A stretch of DNA of 64,000 nucleotides from Candidatus Kapaibacterium sp. (GCA_044350705.1 JBILHA010000002.1:306295-370294), one strand, 5' to 3'; shown: positions 1 through 9,646, numbered from the stretch's first letter. The notes: generated from the letters alone by a model not told the origin. Numbers and translations: made by a program.

Positions 1-55
1 CGCGCGTTATCTTTGGGGGAGGGTGCTTGTGCCTCCCCCACTCCTTTCATTTTCT

Positions 56-589
56 ATGGCTATCGAATTTCTTAAAATACCTCCCTATCAGTTTGATCAC
101 GCATCTGCATCTCCTGAAATGATCAATATGCTTCTTTTCCAAACGCTTGATCCTGAAACCCGAGCACCACATTCTCTTGCGAGGTCGCACATCATCTATA
201 CCTCTCCTCTTTTACGTGCTCGTGGTGCACTCGCATCATCCTTTGTAATAATTCCTGAATTGCGCGAAGTTCTTTTTTCACTCTCTCCTTCCGACTTTGA
301 TTCAAATATCTCCCTAAGCACTTCTGTGCGCAGAGCTTTTCTCCGAGAAATCTGTCTTCCCTCTCGAACAGATTATCGTAAACGTCTTGTTGATCTTGTT
401 TTATTCCTTCAGCAGCGACACCCCGAGAAGACTATTACTGCAACTGTTCTCACGCATACCTTTATCCTTACTTGTGTTCGAGAAATTCTTCGCGATCGCG
501 AACTTTTTCTTCATCATCCTCACCTCTCATTTTCTTCGTATGATCCTTCGAAAAAACTTTTTTCATTTTTAGAAAGTTTTATTGTGTAA
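56..589 (+). CDS. hypothetical protein; coding status uncertain (pyrimidine-rich strand, low-complexity S/L/R-rich translation)
   Basis: Open frame from an ATG at 56 (track starts at 23) to the stop at 589. No recognisable motif. Followed by a hairpin terminator. Confidence 0.3.
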   Translation: MAIEFLKIPPYQFDHASASPEMINMLLFQTLDPETRAPHSLARSHIIYTSPLLRARGALASSFVIIPELREVLFSLSPSDFDSNISLSTSVRRAFLREICLPSRTDYRKRLVDLVLFLQQRHPEKTITATVLTHTFILTCVREILRDRELFLHHPHLSFSSYDPSKKLFSFLESFIV

Positions 590-592
590 ATA

Positions 593-623
593 AAAAATCC
601 TCTCTTTCCAGAAAGGATTTTTT
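593..623. terminator. bidirectional rho-independent terminator
   Basis: Stem aaaaatcctctctttc / gaaaggattttt flanked by A and T runs, lying between the convergent ORF and tRNA-Leu. Confidence 0.5.
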
Positions 624-708
624 GGTACCGAGGGCGGGAATTGAACCCGCACGGCATTTCTGCCTGGGGATTTTAAGTCCCCTATGTCTACCATTCCATC
701 ACCCCGGC
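623..708 (-). tRNA. tRNA-Leu(TAA), long variable arm, CCA encoded
   Basis: The reverse complement folds as a cloverleaf. Acceptor GCCGGGG/CCTCGGT has two GU pairs. Anticodon loop is cTTAAaa. T-arm is GCGGGTTCAATTCCCGC. Length 86 nt. Confidence 0.8.
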
Positions 709-722
709 ATACAGATTTCCTA

Positions 723-1225
723 CCCAAGTTTGTCCCTCGCGGTGTCGACTCCTGTGCCCCGGCCTCGTCGTACTTATTAGGTACGTCTTCGGCCGGTGCT
801 CGTCGTCTCCTAGCGGGGAACAAACTTAGTAGGAAATCTTCATTCGACTCGCTTCGTCTCTTTGTTCTCTGCCAGACTCGGCCTCAACGTACTTTATGGG
901 TACGCTTCGGCCTGTGCCGTGCTGTCTCCTTGTATATGGCCAACTTAGTAGCAAATCTTCGCTCGACTCGTCTCGTCTCTTTGTTCTTTACTAGCTCTGT
1001 CTCGTCGTCATTATTGGATACGCCTTCGGCCTGTGCCGTGCCGCCGCCTAGTAGAAACAAACTTAGCGATAAAAATTCACCCGTCACTTCTCTTGCTCGT
1101 TCTGCCACTTTTTTTGTCGACTCCTGTACCCCGGCCTCGTCGTACTTATTAGGTGCGTCTTCGGCCGGTGCTCGTCGTCTCATTGACACTCGGCATCTTA
1201 TATATCACAAACTTCGTGGCAAAAA
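723..1225. repeat. four tandem copies (period about 115-120 bp) of a structured repeat unit with nested palindromic stems; uncharacterised, possibly a structured ncRNA or a REP/MITE-like element
   Basis: Units begin near 723, 850, 965 and 1085. Shared core is cggcctc..cgtac-loop-gtacg.cttcggcc.gtgc...ctag..aacaaacttag..aaatcttc. The outer arms aagtttgt/acaaactt pair. A fifth copy lies at 57551-57670. Confidence 0.6.
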
Positions 1226-1328
1226 TTCAGGGGAAACGAAATAAAACCTGATACATTTTTCCACTTTCCGCTGTTTTCCGCAACCCTCGTGGGCATACCG
1301 AACAAAAACCGATAAGATACCGGGTGAT

Positions 1329-2354
1329 ATGGCTATCGAAGAACATCAGACGACCACTTCCCGAGAGACTGCGCCGGAAGCTCAGGAGCATGAACAGCAA
1401 CAGGAGCTCACCCTGCGTCCGCAGCGACTTTCTGATTTCATCGGTCAACATGATCTTCGGGCGAACTTGGAAATCTTCATTGATGCAGCCAAGTCACGCA
1501 ATGAGCCGCTGGAACACCTTCTTCTTTATGGCAATCCAGGATTAGGCAAAACCACTCTTGCGCATATCATCGGAAGAGAGATGAGTACCAACGTACGCGT
1601 CACGAGCGGTCCTGCGCTTGAACGTGTAGGGGATCTTGCTGCCATTCTTTCGAGCTTGCAACGAGGCGACATTCTCTTTATTGATGAGATTCATCGTATT
1701 AATAAGTCCATTGAGGAAGTTCTCTATCCTGCCATGGAAGATTTTGCGCTTGATGTGGTGGTAGGAAAGGGACCCACTGCTCGTACCCTGCGTCTCAGTT
1801 TAGAGCCTTTCACGATCATCGGTGCCACCACTCGTTTATCTCTTCTTTCCGCACCGTTGCGCGATCGCTTTGGAACGATTTTTCAGCTTGATTTTTATCG
1901 AGATGAGGATATGCGTCGCATCGTTTCTCGCAGCGCATCACTTCTGGGATTTTCTCTCGATGAAGCATCCGCACAAACCATCGCGCAGCGCGCTCGTCGT
2001 ACTCCTCGTATCGCCAATCGGCTTCTCAAGCGTGTACGCGACTTCTCTCAAGTAAAGCATGATGGCGTTATCTCTCCTGAGATCGCGAATGCCGCGCTTG
2101 ATCTGCTTGCTATTGATCCGCTTGGGCTGGATAATGCCGATCGTCGTATTCTTCTCACGCTTATTGAGAAGTTTCAAGGCGGCCCTGTAGGGCTTGGAAC
2201 CCTCGCCGCAGCAACACAAGAAGAACAGGCAACCATTGAGGAAGTTTACGAACCTTACCTTCTCCAGCTGGGCTTTTTAGAGCGTACTACGAGAGGGCGC
2301 ATGGCTACTTCGCGCGCCTACGATCACCTGCGAGTGGAGAAAAAAACTTCCTAG
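1329..2354 (+). CDS. ruvB: Holliday junction branch migration DNA helicase RuvB
   Basis: Walker [18 protein letters not shown] and the RuvB-specific C-terminal winged-helix region, alignable over the full length. Confidence 0.93.
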   Translation: MAIEEHQTTTSRETAPEAQEHEQQQELTLRPQRLSDFIGQHDLRANLEIFIDAAKSRNEPLEHLLLYGNPGLGKTTLAHIIGREMSTNVRVTSGPALERVGDLAAILSSLQRGDILFIDEIHRINKSIEEVLYPAMEDFALDVVVGKGPTARTLRLSLEPFTIIGATTRLSLLSAPLRDRFGTIFQLDFYRDEDMRRIVSRSASLLGFSLDEASAQTIAQRARRTPRIANRLLKRVRDFSQVKHDGVISPEIANAALDLLAIDPLGLDNADRRILLTLIEKFQGGPVGLGTLAAATQEEQATIEEVYEPYLLQLGFLERTTRGRMATSRAYDHLRVEKKTS

Positions 2355-2381
2355 AGCCTTTGCGCAAAGGGGTGATCGTGT

Positions 2382-2681
2382 ATGTCTCTTTGTGCGCTAT
2401 ACTGTGCGCATATGGATGCTATTCCTTTTGCTGTCCTCCTCGCCCCCTACCTTCTCGTCCTTGCGGTTGCAGCGATTTTCTTATTCTTCAATGTATTCCA
2501 TCTCTGGCGATACGGCGTTGACGGTCCCGGTACCTCCCTTCTCATTGCCGTGTATATCGGACTTTTCATCGTCATCGTCGGCGGCACCTGGGTTTCGCTG
2601 AGTGGCTTTGCGTGGACTGGAACGTTCTCTTTAGCTGATTTCTTACCTCGCTCTCCGGGTATTTCTTCTTTTGGACTATGA
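2382..2681 (+). CDS. small integral membrane protein
   Basis: Three predicted TM helices. Its stop overlaps the start of the next gene (atgatg/tga), suggesting translational coupling. Confidence 0.5.
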   Translation: MSLCALYCAHMDAIPFAVLLAPYLLVLAVAAIFLFFNVFHLWRYGVDGPGTSLLIAVYIGLFIVIVGGTWVSLSGFAWTGTFSLADFLPRSPGISSFGL

Positions 2682-3277
2682 TGCATCTCAATCATCTTCC
2701 TAATTCCCGACCTGGGGAACATGTCGTTCTCTTTCTTCGACGTCACTGGATTGATCTTTTCCGCGTTTTCCTTTTTACCGCCTTTCTCATCCTTATTCCT
2801 CTCTTTGTCGGAGGTGCGCTCGTGTTTGTTGATGCGCCCGTTCTTTCTCATCCCGTCTTCTCCCCTCTTCTCCTGTCTCTGCTGGGTGCGTACCTCATCA
2901 TCGTGCTTATCGTTACGATTACTGAGATTACCGACTATTGGCTTGATGTCTGGATTGTCACCACTGAGCGCATCATCAACTCTGAGCAACATGGTCTTTT
3001 TAATCGCGTTGTTTCTGAGGTGTATCTGAATCAAATTCAGGATATTACCAGTGAACAAAAAGGTCTTCTTGGCACTTTCCTTACCTTTGGTAATGTCTAT
3101 GCTCAAACTGCTGCCGAACGAGAGCGTTTCACCTTCAAAAATATCGACAATCCTGATCCGATCAAAATTCGTATTAGCGACCTTATTACGGAATGTAAAA
3201 CAAAACATCACCATACCCCCCAGGAGCTTGGTGAGGCCGAGAAGAAAACACATGAGGCCGTGGAAAAGCACAAATAA
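2678..3277 (+). CDS. membrane-anchored bacterial PH-like (bPH_2/YdbS-YdbT-like, DUF304) domain protein
   Basis: Two N-terminal TM helices followed by a YdbT-like PH fold (..YLNQIQDITSEQKGLLGTFLTFGNV..). Confidence 0.6.
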   Translation: MMHLNHLPNSRPGEHVVLFLRRHWIDLFRVFLFTAFLILIPLFVGGALVFVDAPVLSHPVFSPLLLSLLGAYLIIVLIVTITEITDYWLDVWIVTTERIINSEQHGLFNRVVSEVYLNQIQDITSEQKGLLGTFLTFGNVYAQTAAERERFTFKNIDNPDPIKIRISDLITECKTKHHHTPQELGEAEKKTHEAVEKHK

Positions 3278-3304
3278 AAATCTCCGCTTTTGCGGAGATT
3301 TTTA
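3276..3304. terminator. bidirectional rho-independent terminator
   Basis: aaaaatctccgc-tttt-gcggagatttttat between convergent genes. Confidence 0.7.
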
Positions 3305-5107
3305 TTACTTCCATGTGCGTGATATTTCGACACCCGTATAGAAATATTTCAGAATTTCTTCCCAGGTACTTCCCTCTTTCGCCATACAGATCGCTCCTGA
3401 TGCGGACATTCCTACACCGTGGCCCCATAAACTCTTACCTTGATCACAGGGCACTGCAACGGACTTTGCATAGGGGACTTCTCTTCCCCATACTTCACTC
3501 CAGTTTCTCGTGCGACCATCGGAGCGTGAGAAATAGGAAGTAATTGCCGTTTGTCCTTCGTACGTCACGATCTGTCCGCGCGTCGCCTCGACACCTGCGG
3601 CAATGAGCGGATTGCGCTCTTCTTGACCATAGCCCCAGTACACCTGATCGCGATATGCGTCTACATGATAGCCTTCTGCTGCGTGTTTTGAAGGATTTGT
3701 ATAGTGAAAATATGCATACGTGCGCGCTGCGGTCATGAGTGCTTTTTGGAATTCTTCGGGGGAAGAGTTCGAAGTTTCCGCGAGACCTCGCAAATAATAT
3801 TCCATGGGCAGCTCATTAATGAGCCACGTGCGATCTTTTGTTGCGTTGTAGCGAAGTTCAAGAACGTTTCGGAAGGTGTTATTTGCGTACGACGTTCCTC
3901 GCGTTACTCGGCGATCGAAGTTTGTGACTTCCAGAACTGCATTCGCCGTCACCGGCACAAAGCGAAGCGGGAGCGTTGACGTCTTTTGTGTAGCTCCTGA
4001 TCCGTAGACATAAGTATCACCGCTATATGCTGCGCGTATATCGCTCCCCTTCGGGATGGTGAGGAGATGTTTTCCTGCGGTATCGCGAACTTCTACCTCG
4101 CTTGCGTGCGAACCAATACGCACTTCCCAATCTGTCTCTTCATCGACAATGAGCACTCCCACCCGCATCATGGGCTCTTCGAGCAGATTCTCTTGTACAT
4201 CCTCTTCTTCCTCTGACTCGTTGCTTGGATTTACCCACTCTCCCGTCCCCCCGGTCACTTCGATCGGAAGATTTACCTCTGCGCCTGCAATCTCCTGTTC
4301 ATTTGCTTTGAACGAGAAGACGAGCTTATGCACTCCGTTTACCTGGGGTGTTTGCATGAAAAATTGCACATTTGCCGTTTGGCCGGGAGCGATTGCTTGC
4401 TGCGCAAGTGCTGCTACGGTTTTCCCATTCCAGGAGCTGTGCGCAAATGACGCCTGCTGGTTTCCCGATGCATCATGCAGACTTATTGTATTCCACGTTG
4501 CAGTACCGGTATTTTTCAGGGCAACCATGAACGATATCGGCCTTCCCGCTTTTACTTTGAGGGCATTTGCCGTTTGGGCAACCATCGAGCCTTCATACGT
4601 CAAGGTGTCCGCAGGAGCTTCTTCCGAGGCTTCTTCTGCGCCACCTACGAGAAGATTGAAGGTGAACTGTCCTCCAGGGATCCAGGCAATGTCTTCTGCG
4701 GCAAGCGCAAATGTTTCTTTGTACGTTCCAGGAGTTTGCGGTGCATGCAGCTCAAAGGAAACCGTTCCCGTTCCCCCCGGTGCTACATTCGCTTCATTTA
4801 AGCGTCTCACTTGCGTAGGAGAGAGCCAGTTTCCTGGGTCAAAGCTACTCTTTCGATATTTTGGTTCGTAGGTATATACAGAAATATATCCGGGTCCATC
4901 GTTTTTCCAGGTTGATGCTCCGGTGTTTTGGAACGTCAGCGTCACTTGTCTGCGTTCGCCAGGAGCCATCGCGACCGTTCCACCCCCTGTTGTAGTGACC
5001 CGCAGCGCTGCATACGCCGCGGTTATTGCCTCGGCTGGACGCGGGAGCACGCCCGTAAGCGAGGAGAAAAGAAGACATAACCCTAAAACACATGCACGAA
5101 GACGCAT
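3305..5107 (-). CDS. secreted SpoIID/LytB-domain protein with N-terminal beta-rich repeats
   Basis: Signal peptide. C-terminal SpoIID/LytB amidase-enhancer-like region (..YHVDAYRDQVYWGYGQE..SDGRTRNWSEVWG..). Confidence 0.75.
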   Translation of the reverse strand: MRLRACVLGLCLLFSSLTGVLPRPAEAITAAYAALRVTTTGGGTVAMAPGERRQVTLTFQNTGASTWKNDGPGYISVYTYEPKYRKSSFDPGNWLSPTQVRRLNEANVAPGGTGTVSFELHAPQTPGTYKETFALAAEDIAWIPGGQFTFNLLVGGAEEASEEAPADTLTYEGSMVAQTANALKVKAGRPISFMVALKNTGTATWNTISLHDASGNQQASFAHSSWNGKTVAALAQQAIAPGQTANVQFFMQTPQVNGVHKLVFSFKANEQEIAGAEVNLPIEVTGGTGEWVNPSNESEEEEDVQENLLEEPMMRVGVLIVDEETDWEVRIGSHASEVEVRDTAGKHLLTIPKGSDIRAAYSGDTYVYGSGATQKTSTLPLRFVPVTANAVLEVTNFDRRVTRGTSYANNTFRNVLELRYNATKDRTWLINELPMEYYLRGLAETSNSSPEEFQKALMTAARTYAYFHYTNPSKHAAEGYHVDAYRDQVYWGYGQEERNPLIAAGVEATRGQIVTYEGQTAITSYFSRSDGRTRNWSEVWGREVPYAKSVAVPCDQGKSLWGHGVGMSASGAICMAKEGSTWEEILKYFYTGVEISRTWK

Positions 5108-5123
5108 ACGGTGCTAGTGTACC

Positions 5124-6620
5124 ATGTATACCAGGTCGGTTACACCTCTTTTTCCTCCCTTTTTGGGATTCTCTATGGCCTCTCTTGCCCGTAGTTCTCT
5201 TTTACAAATATCCGGGAAATTACTCGGTATTTTCTTTGGACTTGCCACCTTCTATCTTCTTCTTCACTTTTTTGGTACCGAGGGATACGGCGTTTTTACC
5301 ACTGCGCTTACCTACGTTACTTTCTTTTCTATTGTTGTTGATTTTGGCCTGACGATTACCACCGCTCAGATGATTGCGGAGAAAGGCGCAGATGAGCAAA
5401 AAATTCTTTCCAATCTCTTTGCCTTGCGTATTGTTAGCGCGCTTGCATTCATGATGCTCGCCCCCCTTTCTGCATGGTTTTTGCCCGGCACGGAGAAGGT
5501 ATTTCCCTTAATCTGCATTGGCTCTGCAACGTATTTTTTTGGCGCTATTGCCCAAATGTTCTTAGGGGTTTTCCAGAAGCGTCTTGAGCTTGCTACTCCG
5601 GTTATTGCTGAAATGCTCAGCCGTGCACTCTCTCTGGCGGGCATTCTCTTCGTTGGACTTACCACCCAGTCTCTTCTTCATGCGACGTTCGCCTTTACGC
5701 TTGGCGCTGCCGTTCAATTGGTCATCATGCTCTTTGCCACCCATCGCCGCATTCCCCTTCGGCTTTCCTGGGACTTTTCTGTATGGAAAAATATCCTTTC
5801 TCGCAGCTGGCCTATTGGGCTTTCTATTTTCTTCAACCTCCTTTATCTCAAAGGTGATGTGTTATTTCTTTGGGGGCTTGGAAAAAGTGACTGGGAGATT
5901 GGACAATATGGAGCGGCATACAAAGTCGTTGATATTCTCACCATGGTTCCCGTCACCTTCATGGGACTCGTTCTTCCTCTTCTTACCCTTGCGTGGACTT
6001 CACGGGATCATGGAGGATTTACTCGTCGCATGCAACAGACCATTGATCTTTTTGCCGTCATTTCCATTCCCTGTATTTTCGGAGCATGGGCACTGGGTGT
6101 TCCACTCATGACTGCGGTTAAGCCTGATCTCGCGCTCGCCGGACAGCTTCTTTGGGTTCTCGTTCCTGCCGCGGTTGTCGTTTTCTTTGGCTCGCTCTTT
6201 GGACATGCGGTGGTCGCTCTTCAGGCGCAGCGACCCATGACCTGGAATTATTGCATCGTCGCGGTACTCGGCGTTGCCGGATACCTTCTTCTCGTTCCTC
6301 CGTTTGGCGCCTGGGGCGCTGCTTGGGTAACGCTCTTTTGCGAGGCGGCAATTGCGCTTTTGGCCTACGTTGTTATTCGTAAACGCTGGAAGGCTTCACT
6401 CTCTTTTCTCATCCCACTCAAAGCCTTGGTTGCGAGCGTAGTCATGTTCTTTGCGCTTGAGCTCGTACAATACTTCTTTGCTCCTTTTTCTCCGGTGAGC
6501 TCTCTTCTTCTTTCGTTTGCAATCGGTGTTCTCGTCTATTTCCTCGCACTCTCGGCTGTTCAAGGCCCAACCCTTCGCGATGCAAAAAAATTACTTGCAG
6601 CAGATGCGCGTCAAAGCTAA
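5124..6620 (+). CDS. polysaccharide biosynthesis protein / oligosaccharide flippase (MOP superfamily, Wzx-like)
   Basis: Roughly 12-14 TM helices with Wzx/MurJ-like topology. Start is probably the internal Met near 5175. Confidence 0.7.
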   Translation: MYTRSVTPLFPPFLGFSMASLARSSLLQISGKLLGIFFGLATFYLLLHFFGTEGYGVFTTALTYVTFFSIVVDFGLTITTAQMIAEKGADEQKILSNLFALRIVSALAFMMLAPLSAWFLPGTEKVFPLICIGSATYFFGAIAQMFLGVFQKRLELATPVIAEMLSRALSLAGILFVGLTTQSLLHATFAFTLGAAVQLVIMLFATHRRIPLRLSWDFSVWKNILSRSWPIGLSIFFNLLYLKGDVLFLWGLGKSDWEIGQYGAAYKVVDILTMVPVTFMGLVLPLLTLAWTSRDHGGFTRRMQQTIDLFAVISIPCIFGAWALGVPLMTAVKPDLALAGQLLWVLVPAAVVVFFGSLFGHAVVALQAQRPMTWNYCIVAVLGVAGYLLLVPPFGAWGAAWVTLFCEAAIALLAYVVIRKRWKASLSFLIPLKALVASVVMFFALELVQYFFAPFSPVSSLLLSFAIGVLVYFLALSAVQGPTLRDAKKLLAADARQS

Positions 6621-6626
6621 TTTCGT

Positions 6627-7898
6627 ATGCTCTTCTCTTTTTTTCTCCTTCTTACGCTCGGACTTTTTACCTGGCTGAGCATCCGTCATTTTCATAGTGC
6701 CCTTCTCCTCTTTCTTGCTCTTTTTCCTACCTATCTCATCCGCTTCTCCCTTGGCCCTCTTCCTACCACCCTTCTTGAGCTGTGTTTTTTTGTTCTCTTT
6801 GGTGTTTGGGTTGTTCGTCGTTTGCGCGCGCATACCCTCTTTCTTCCTTCTCGGGGCATTCTTGTTTTCTTTTTTCTTCTCAGCATCCTTCCTTTGGCGG
6901 TGGTTCCCGGTGAACACCTCCTGTCCTCGCTTGGGCTTTGGCGGGCATATTTCCTCGAGCCATTCTTGCTCGGGTGGATCCTTTGGCATGAGTTGCAAGA
7001 TGAAACCATTCGTCTTCGAGCGTTTCTTGGCCTTTCGCTCTCTGGTTTTTTCCTCGCAGCGCTTGGTATTTTTCAATTCAGTACTGGGCTGGGCATTCCT
7101 GCTCCCTGGGATATTGAGCGAAGGATTACGAGTGTCTTTGATTACCCTAATGCCCTTGGACTTTTTCTCGCCCCTCTTTTAAGTGCACTTTTGGTATTCG
7201 GAATTTGCACCTGGAAGAATCGTCTTCCTCATGAAAAAACGTTTCTCGCTGGAGCGTGCACGGTCATGCTTCTTGCCATCATCTTGGCAAAAACTGAAGC
7301 TGCGCTTGTCGCCGTTCCTGCTGCGGTATTCATTTCGCTTTTCATTTCCCCCCTCATCTTACGCAAACATAAAATCATTGCCGGAGTTTTCGCTTCTCTT
7401 GCGCTTGTCGGTGCATTTGCTTTCCCCCACATTCGAGCCAAGCTTCTTCTTCAAGATTTCTCTGGAGGCGTACGACTCTCGCAGTGGAAAGAAACGATCG
7501 AGCTTCTCAAAGATCACCCGATTACTGGCGCAGGCATAGGATATTATCCCGAACTTCTCCGGACTTCTTATCATCACGATTGGCAGTATGAGATTTTCCA
7601 ATATCCCCACAATATTCTTCTCAACATCTGGGTTGAGTTGGGTATTTTAGGCGTGGTTCTTTTTCTTGTGGGCGCGTGCTATCTCGGAAGAAGCGTTTGG
7701 AAACAGCGTTCTTCTCCTCTTCCTCTTGCCGCAGGTGCTGCACTTCTTGCCATGGCTATTCATGGACTTGTTGATGTTCCTTTTTTTAAAAATGATTTAG
7801 CGATGATGACGGTGGTGTTTGTGATTTTTATCATGGGAGCAGCGGGGAGTAAGGATGGGAACATAGGGAGTATGCATGGAAGCACGGGGAGTAAGTAA
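6627..7898 (+). CDS. O-antigen ligase family (Wzy_C-like) membrane protein
   Basis: Polytopic membrane protein with a large periplasmic loop typical of the O-antigen ligase/WaaL family. Confidence 0.65.
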   Translation: MLFSFFLLLTLGLFTWLSIRHFHSALLLFLALFPTYLIRFSLGPLPTTLLELCFFVLFGVWVVRRLRAHTLFLPSRGILVFFFLLSILPLAVVPGEHLLSSLGLWRAYFLEPFLLGWILWHELQDETIRLRAFLGLSLSGFFLAALGIFQFSTGLGIPAPWDIERRITSVFDYPNALGLFLAPLLSALLVFGICTWKNRLPHEKTFLAGACTVMLLAIILAKTEAALVAVPAAVFISLFISPLILRKHKIIAGVFASLALVGAFAFPHIRAKLLLQDFSGGVRLSQWKETIELLKDHPITGAGIGYYPELLRTSYHHDWQYEIFQYPHNILLNIWVELGILGVVLFLVGACYLGRSVWKQRSSPLPLAAGAALLAMAIHGLVDVPFFKNDLAMMTVVFVIFIMGAAGSKDGNIGSMHGSTGSK

Positions 7899-8016
7899 AA
7901 TAGGCGATTTTTGTTTTTTACAGAGTTTTCCTTTCTTTTCTAAACGCAAAACGAGCGTCCGGGACGTGTCACACGCGATTGCGTGACACGCCCGAACGCT
8001 CGAGACGAAGGGGAGG

Positions 8017-8580
8017 CTAGCGGCACATCCCCACAAAGAGGGTGTTCGCGCCGCGGACCCGGAGGTCCACATCGCAGGTCGACTTTGCGACTTGCGTCGC
8101 CAGCGCTCCCTGCATGATGTGGTACGGGTCCCCCAGCACGATGGCCGGGAGGGTGGTGCCGGGGACGACCCCCGGACTCTCGATATCCAGGCCGGACATC
8201 GAGTACCTGGTCACCGTCACGCTCACGAGCGTTACGGCGCCGAAGTCCACCCATCCGCGCTCGCCGGGAGCGAGCACCGAGGCACACCGCGTGCCGGTCG
8301 GCCCAGCGACGTACACGCACTGCGTGACGCCACCTTCCGTAACGACGGCACGGGGTACGCCGCCGGAGCCGGCAGAGGTTCGATAGGAGAACCCCAGCTC
8401 GATGGCTGCGTCGGTGTTGTTGATGAACTGCACCACCGTGGGACCCGCCTTGGGGACACGCATCACCTGCGCTCCCAGCATCCCCGTGTTCGGGCTCACC
8501 GCCGGGTTGGCGGAAGCAGAGGAGATGGCGAGAACCAGGGCGGCGAGGAAGCTAAACATGGGAGGCTCCATGGGGCACAA
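8017..8580 (-). CDS. secreted hypothetical protein (high-GC island)
   Basis: Sec signal peptide MFSFLAALVLAISSASA, Cys-containing mature part, GC-rich codons. Confidence 0.6.
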   Translation of the reverse strand: MCPMEPPMFSFLAALVLAISSASANPAVSPNTGMLGAQVMRVPKAGPTVVQFINNTDAAIELGFSYRTSAGSGGVPRAVVTEGGVTQCVYVAGPTGTRCASVLAPGERGWVDFGAVTLVSVTVTRYSMSGLDIESPGVVPGTTLPAIVLGDPYHIMQGALATQVAKSTCDVDLRVRGANTLFVGMCR

Positions 8581-8733
8581 GGCCCGGTGAGGAAAGGACG
8601 TGCTCGGGACAGGATGTCATCGAGCGGTGTATGCACTCCTCATCGAGAAGGACATGCACTGCATGATGAGCTGATTCAGGGGAGCCAACAGTGCATTGCT
8701 GCGTGTTGGCTCCCCCACGGGAACGAGGGCCTT

Positions 8734-9333
8734 CTAGCGACCGGCGGCCGCGCGGGCTCGGGCCTCGGCGGCCGCGACCTCGGCGGGGGTGGGCCCGGGG
8801 GGCGGGGGGCGACGGGTCTGCGCGTGCGCGGGCGCGGGGGGCGGCGGGAGGAAACCCCCGCCGTTGACGGCCTGCAGAGCCGCCATGTCGGCGGCCGCCT
8901 GGCTGGGCCAGCCACCGAGCGGCACGCCGAGCGTGCCCTGCATCGCGGCGTAGGACGCCGCTTGGCCGGTCGCCACCTCCCCATCGGTGGATACGTAGGT
9001 GTCGCGGCCCTGGGCCGCGGCGGTGACGGCCACCGTCGCCCCCGCCTGGGCGAGGGTGAGGGCGGCCTGGGCCTGGGCCTGGGCCCGAACGCACTGCGCG
9101 CGGGCATCCGCCGCGGCGGCGAGCATCTCGCTCGCCGCCTCCGCGCTCAGGAACTGCGCACCGTTGGTGCGCAGGTTGGCACAGCCGTCCGGGCCCCAGC
9201 CCACGACGAGCGCGGGGTCCCGGGCGAAGAGCCCGGAACGGTTGCGAACGGGGGCCGGCTCCTCGGCGGAAGCCGGGGAGGAGGTGGCGACGAGGGCGGC
9301 GATCAGGGACAGCGAGAACAGGATGGAACGCAT
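8734..9333 (-). CDS. secreted Ala/Gln/Pro-rich hypothetical protein (high-GC island)
   Basis: Signal peptide MRSILFSLSLIAALVATSSPASA. Low-complexity AQAQAQ and PPPP tracts. Confidence 0.55.
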   Translation of the reverse strand: MRSILFSLSLIAALVATSSPASAEEPAPVRNRSGLFARDPALVVGWGPDGCANLRTNGAQFLSAEAASEMLAAAADARAQCVRAQAQAQAALTLAQAGATVAVTAAAQGRDTYVSTDGEVATGQAASYAAMQGTLGVPLGGWPSQAAADMAALQAVNGGGFLPPPPAPAHAQTRRPPPPGPTPAEVAAAEARARAAAGR

Positions 9334-9433
9334 GAGCGTTTCCCCTTTGCCTTTCGGCGGTGTGGCCCGAAGGCCGTTGTTTCAACGATCATTCGGTACA
9401 ATGCGTGGCTTTCCACGTCATTTCCGAACAGTT

Positions 9434-9463
9434 CAGTATAGCAAAAAAATGCAAAAAAATCAA
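9434..9463 (-). promoter_or_regulatory. sigma70-like promoter (TTGATT-17-TATACT) for the 8734-9333 gene
   Basis: Read on the minus strand; about 100 nt upstream of the start codon. Near-exact mirror image of the promoter at 9619-9646. Confidence 0.5.
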
Positions 9464-9618
9464 GCTAAGAGGCGAATGGGATTTCACATGGAAACTTGGG
9501 ATTTCTTAATAAAACCGCGGGTATTACGTCTCAGAACGGGGGTGGGGATAGGTGTGTGAATATCGGACTTGTCGAAATGACATTCTTAAAATTCTTCCCC
9601 TTCCTTCTCTTTCTCTCC

Positions 9619-9646
9619 ATTGATTTTTTTGCATTTTTTTGCTATG
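9619..9646 (+). promoter_or_regulatory. sigma70-like promoter (TTGATT-16-TATGAT) for the 9754-11844 gene
   Basis: About 100 nt upstream of the start. ttgattttttgcatttttttgct is the reverse complement of 9441-9463. Confidence 0.5.

Noticed and set aside
723-1225. Possible CRISPR array (regularly spaced repeats)
   Set aside because: The units are 100-120 nt and only about 70-85% similar to each other. There are no short identical direct repeats with unique spacers and no cas genes nearby.
684-1244. 186-aa ORF spanning the tandem repeat units
   Set aside because: Its open frame is an artefact of the repetitive, stop-poor repeat units. The translation is low-complexity and internally repetitive. 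The region is better explained as structured repeats.
2447-3271. 274-aa minus-strand ORF
   Set aside because: Entirely antisense to the two plus-strand membrane-protein genes; Lys/Arg-rich low-complexity translation.
4056-4871. 271-aa plus-strand ORF
   Set aside because: Antisense to the well-supported SpoIID/LytB-domain gene.
6591-7076. 161-aa Lys-rich minus-strand ORF
   Set aside because: Antisense to the O-antigen ligase-like gene; its composition reflects the complement of Phe/Leu-rich codons.
8092-9441. 449-aa plus-strand ORF and several 140-370-aa ORFs on both strands inside the GC-rich block (e.g. 8552-9385, 9760-10866, 10287-10826)
   Set aside because: Long antisense or overlapping ORFs are expected by chance at about 70% GC. 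Translations are Arg/Gly/Pro-rich low-complexity. The real genes were chosen by signal peptides, TM topology and promoter placement.
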